Source: an uncultured Planctomycetaceae bacterium (GTDB lineage: Bacteria > Planctomycetota > Planctomycetia > Planctomycetales > Planctomycetaceae). From it: 64,000 bases of DNA. Below are positions 63,813 through 64,000 of this stretch, in pieces. How positions within the stretch are numbered: the stretch's first letter is position 1; every line of letters begins with the position of its first letter. The notes under the pieces were generated by a model. The model searched no databases. It was not told where the DNA came from and worked only from the letters and a program-made list of their open reading frames with translations. The stretch spans positions 205,311-269,310 of the forward strand of contig CAWFGE010000019.1 in NCBI GenBank assembly GCA_963815195.1. The letters run 5' to 3'. The translations under genes were made by a program, and so were the position numbers.

Positions 63813-64000
63813 CAATTGTTTCATGCCCATGTCGTCGATGATCAACAGGTCGGGCTTGAGGTATCGCATCAACGTTTTGTCATCGCCATCGAACGCGGCC
63901 TCGTGCAGGAAGTCGCGGACCACGTCGAAGATCGAACGGTAGAGCACCGAAAAGCCCGCCTTGATCGCGCTGCGGCCCACGGCCTGGCAGCAATGGCTCT
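63813..64000 (-). pseudogene. istB: IS21 IstB ATPase fragment, interrupted
   Basis: AVGRSAIKAGFSVLY...YLKPDLLIIDDMGMKQLP, after which similarity stops. Confidence 0.8.

Noticed and set aside
1..64000. tRNA, rRNA, CRISPR arrays, defence systems
   Set aside because: None recognised by eye; a covariance-model scan was not possible.

Overview
A 64-kb window from a GC-rich bacterium, very probably Planctomycetota (DUF1501/DUF1549/DUF1553 cluster, PQQ-like propellers, MoxR-vWA-BatA-DUF58 operon, HINT-domain exported protein). Bases 1-55 kb are mostly chromosomal genes: sppA, a GntR/SPFH pair, a MnmC(o)-like oxidoreductase next to mnmM, a GT2, an ABC permease, a CNNM protein, an FHA-GAF sigma54 activator, rnpA-yidD, a MoxR operon and an SLC13 permease. 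Many carry single-base frameshifts that look like uncorrected long-read errors. Bases 55-64 kb are a graveyard of nested mobile elements (ISKra4, IS1380 remnant, ISAs1, IS3, VirD4 fragment, serine-recombinase element, IstB). The best signal is an IS110 element (17537-19190) inserted at a CT core inside a REP-like palindrome. Its left non-coding end holds a readable bridge RNA, with guides matching both the REP target and the element's own circle junction, plus a promoter that forms only on circularisation. A REP-associated HUH tyrosine transposase with flanking REPs also sits inside the MoxR operon. All calls come from reading the sequence by eye; no searches or folding programs were run.
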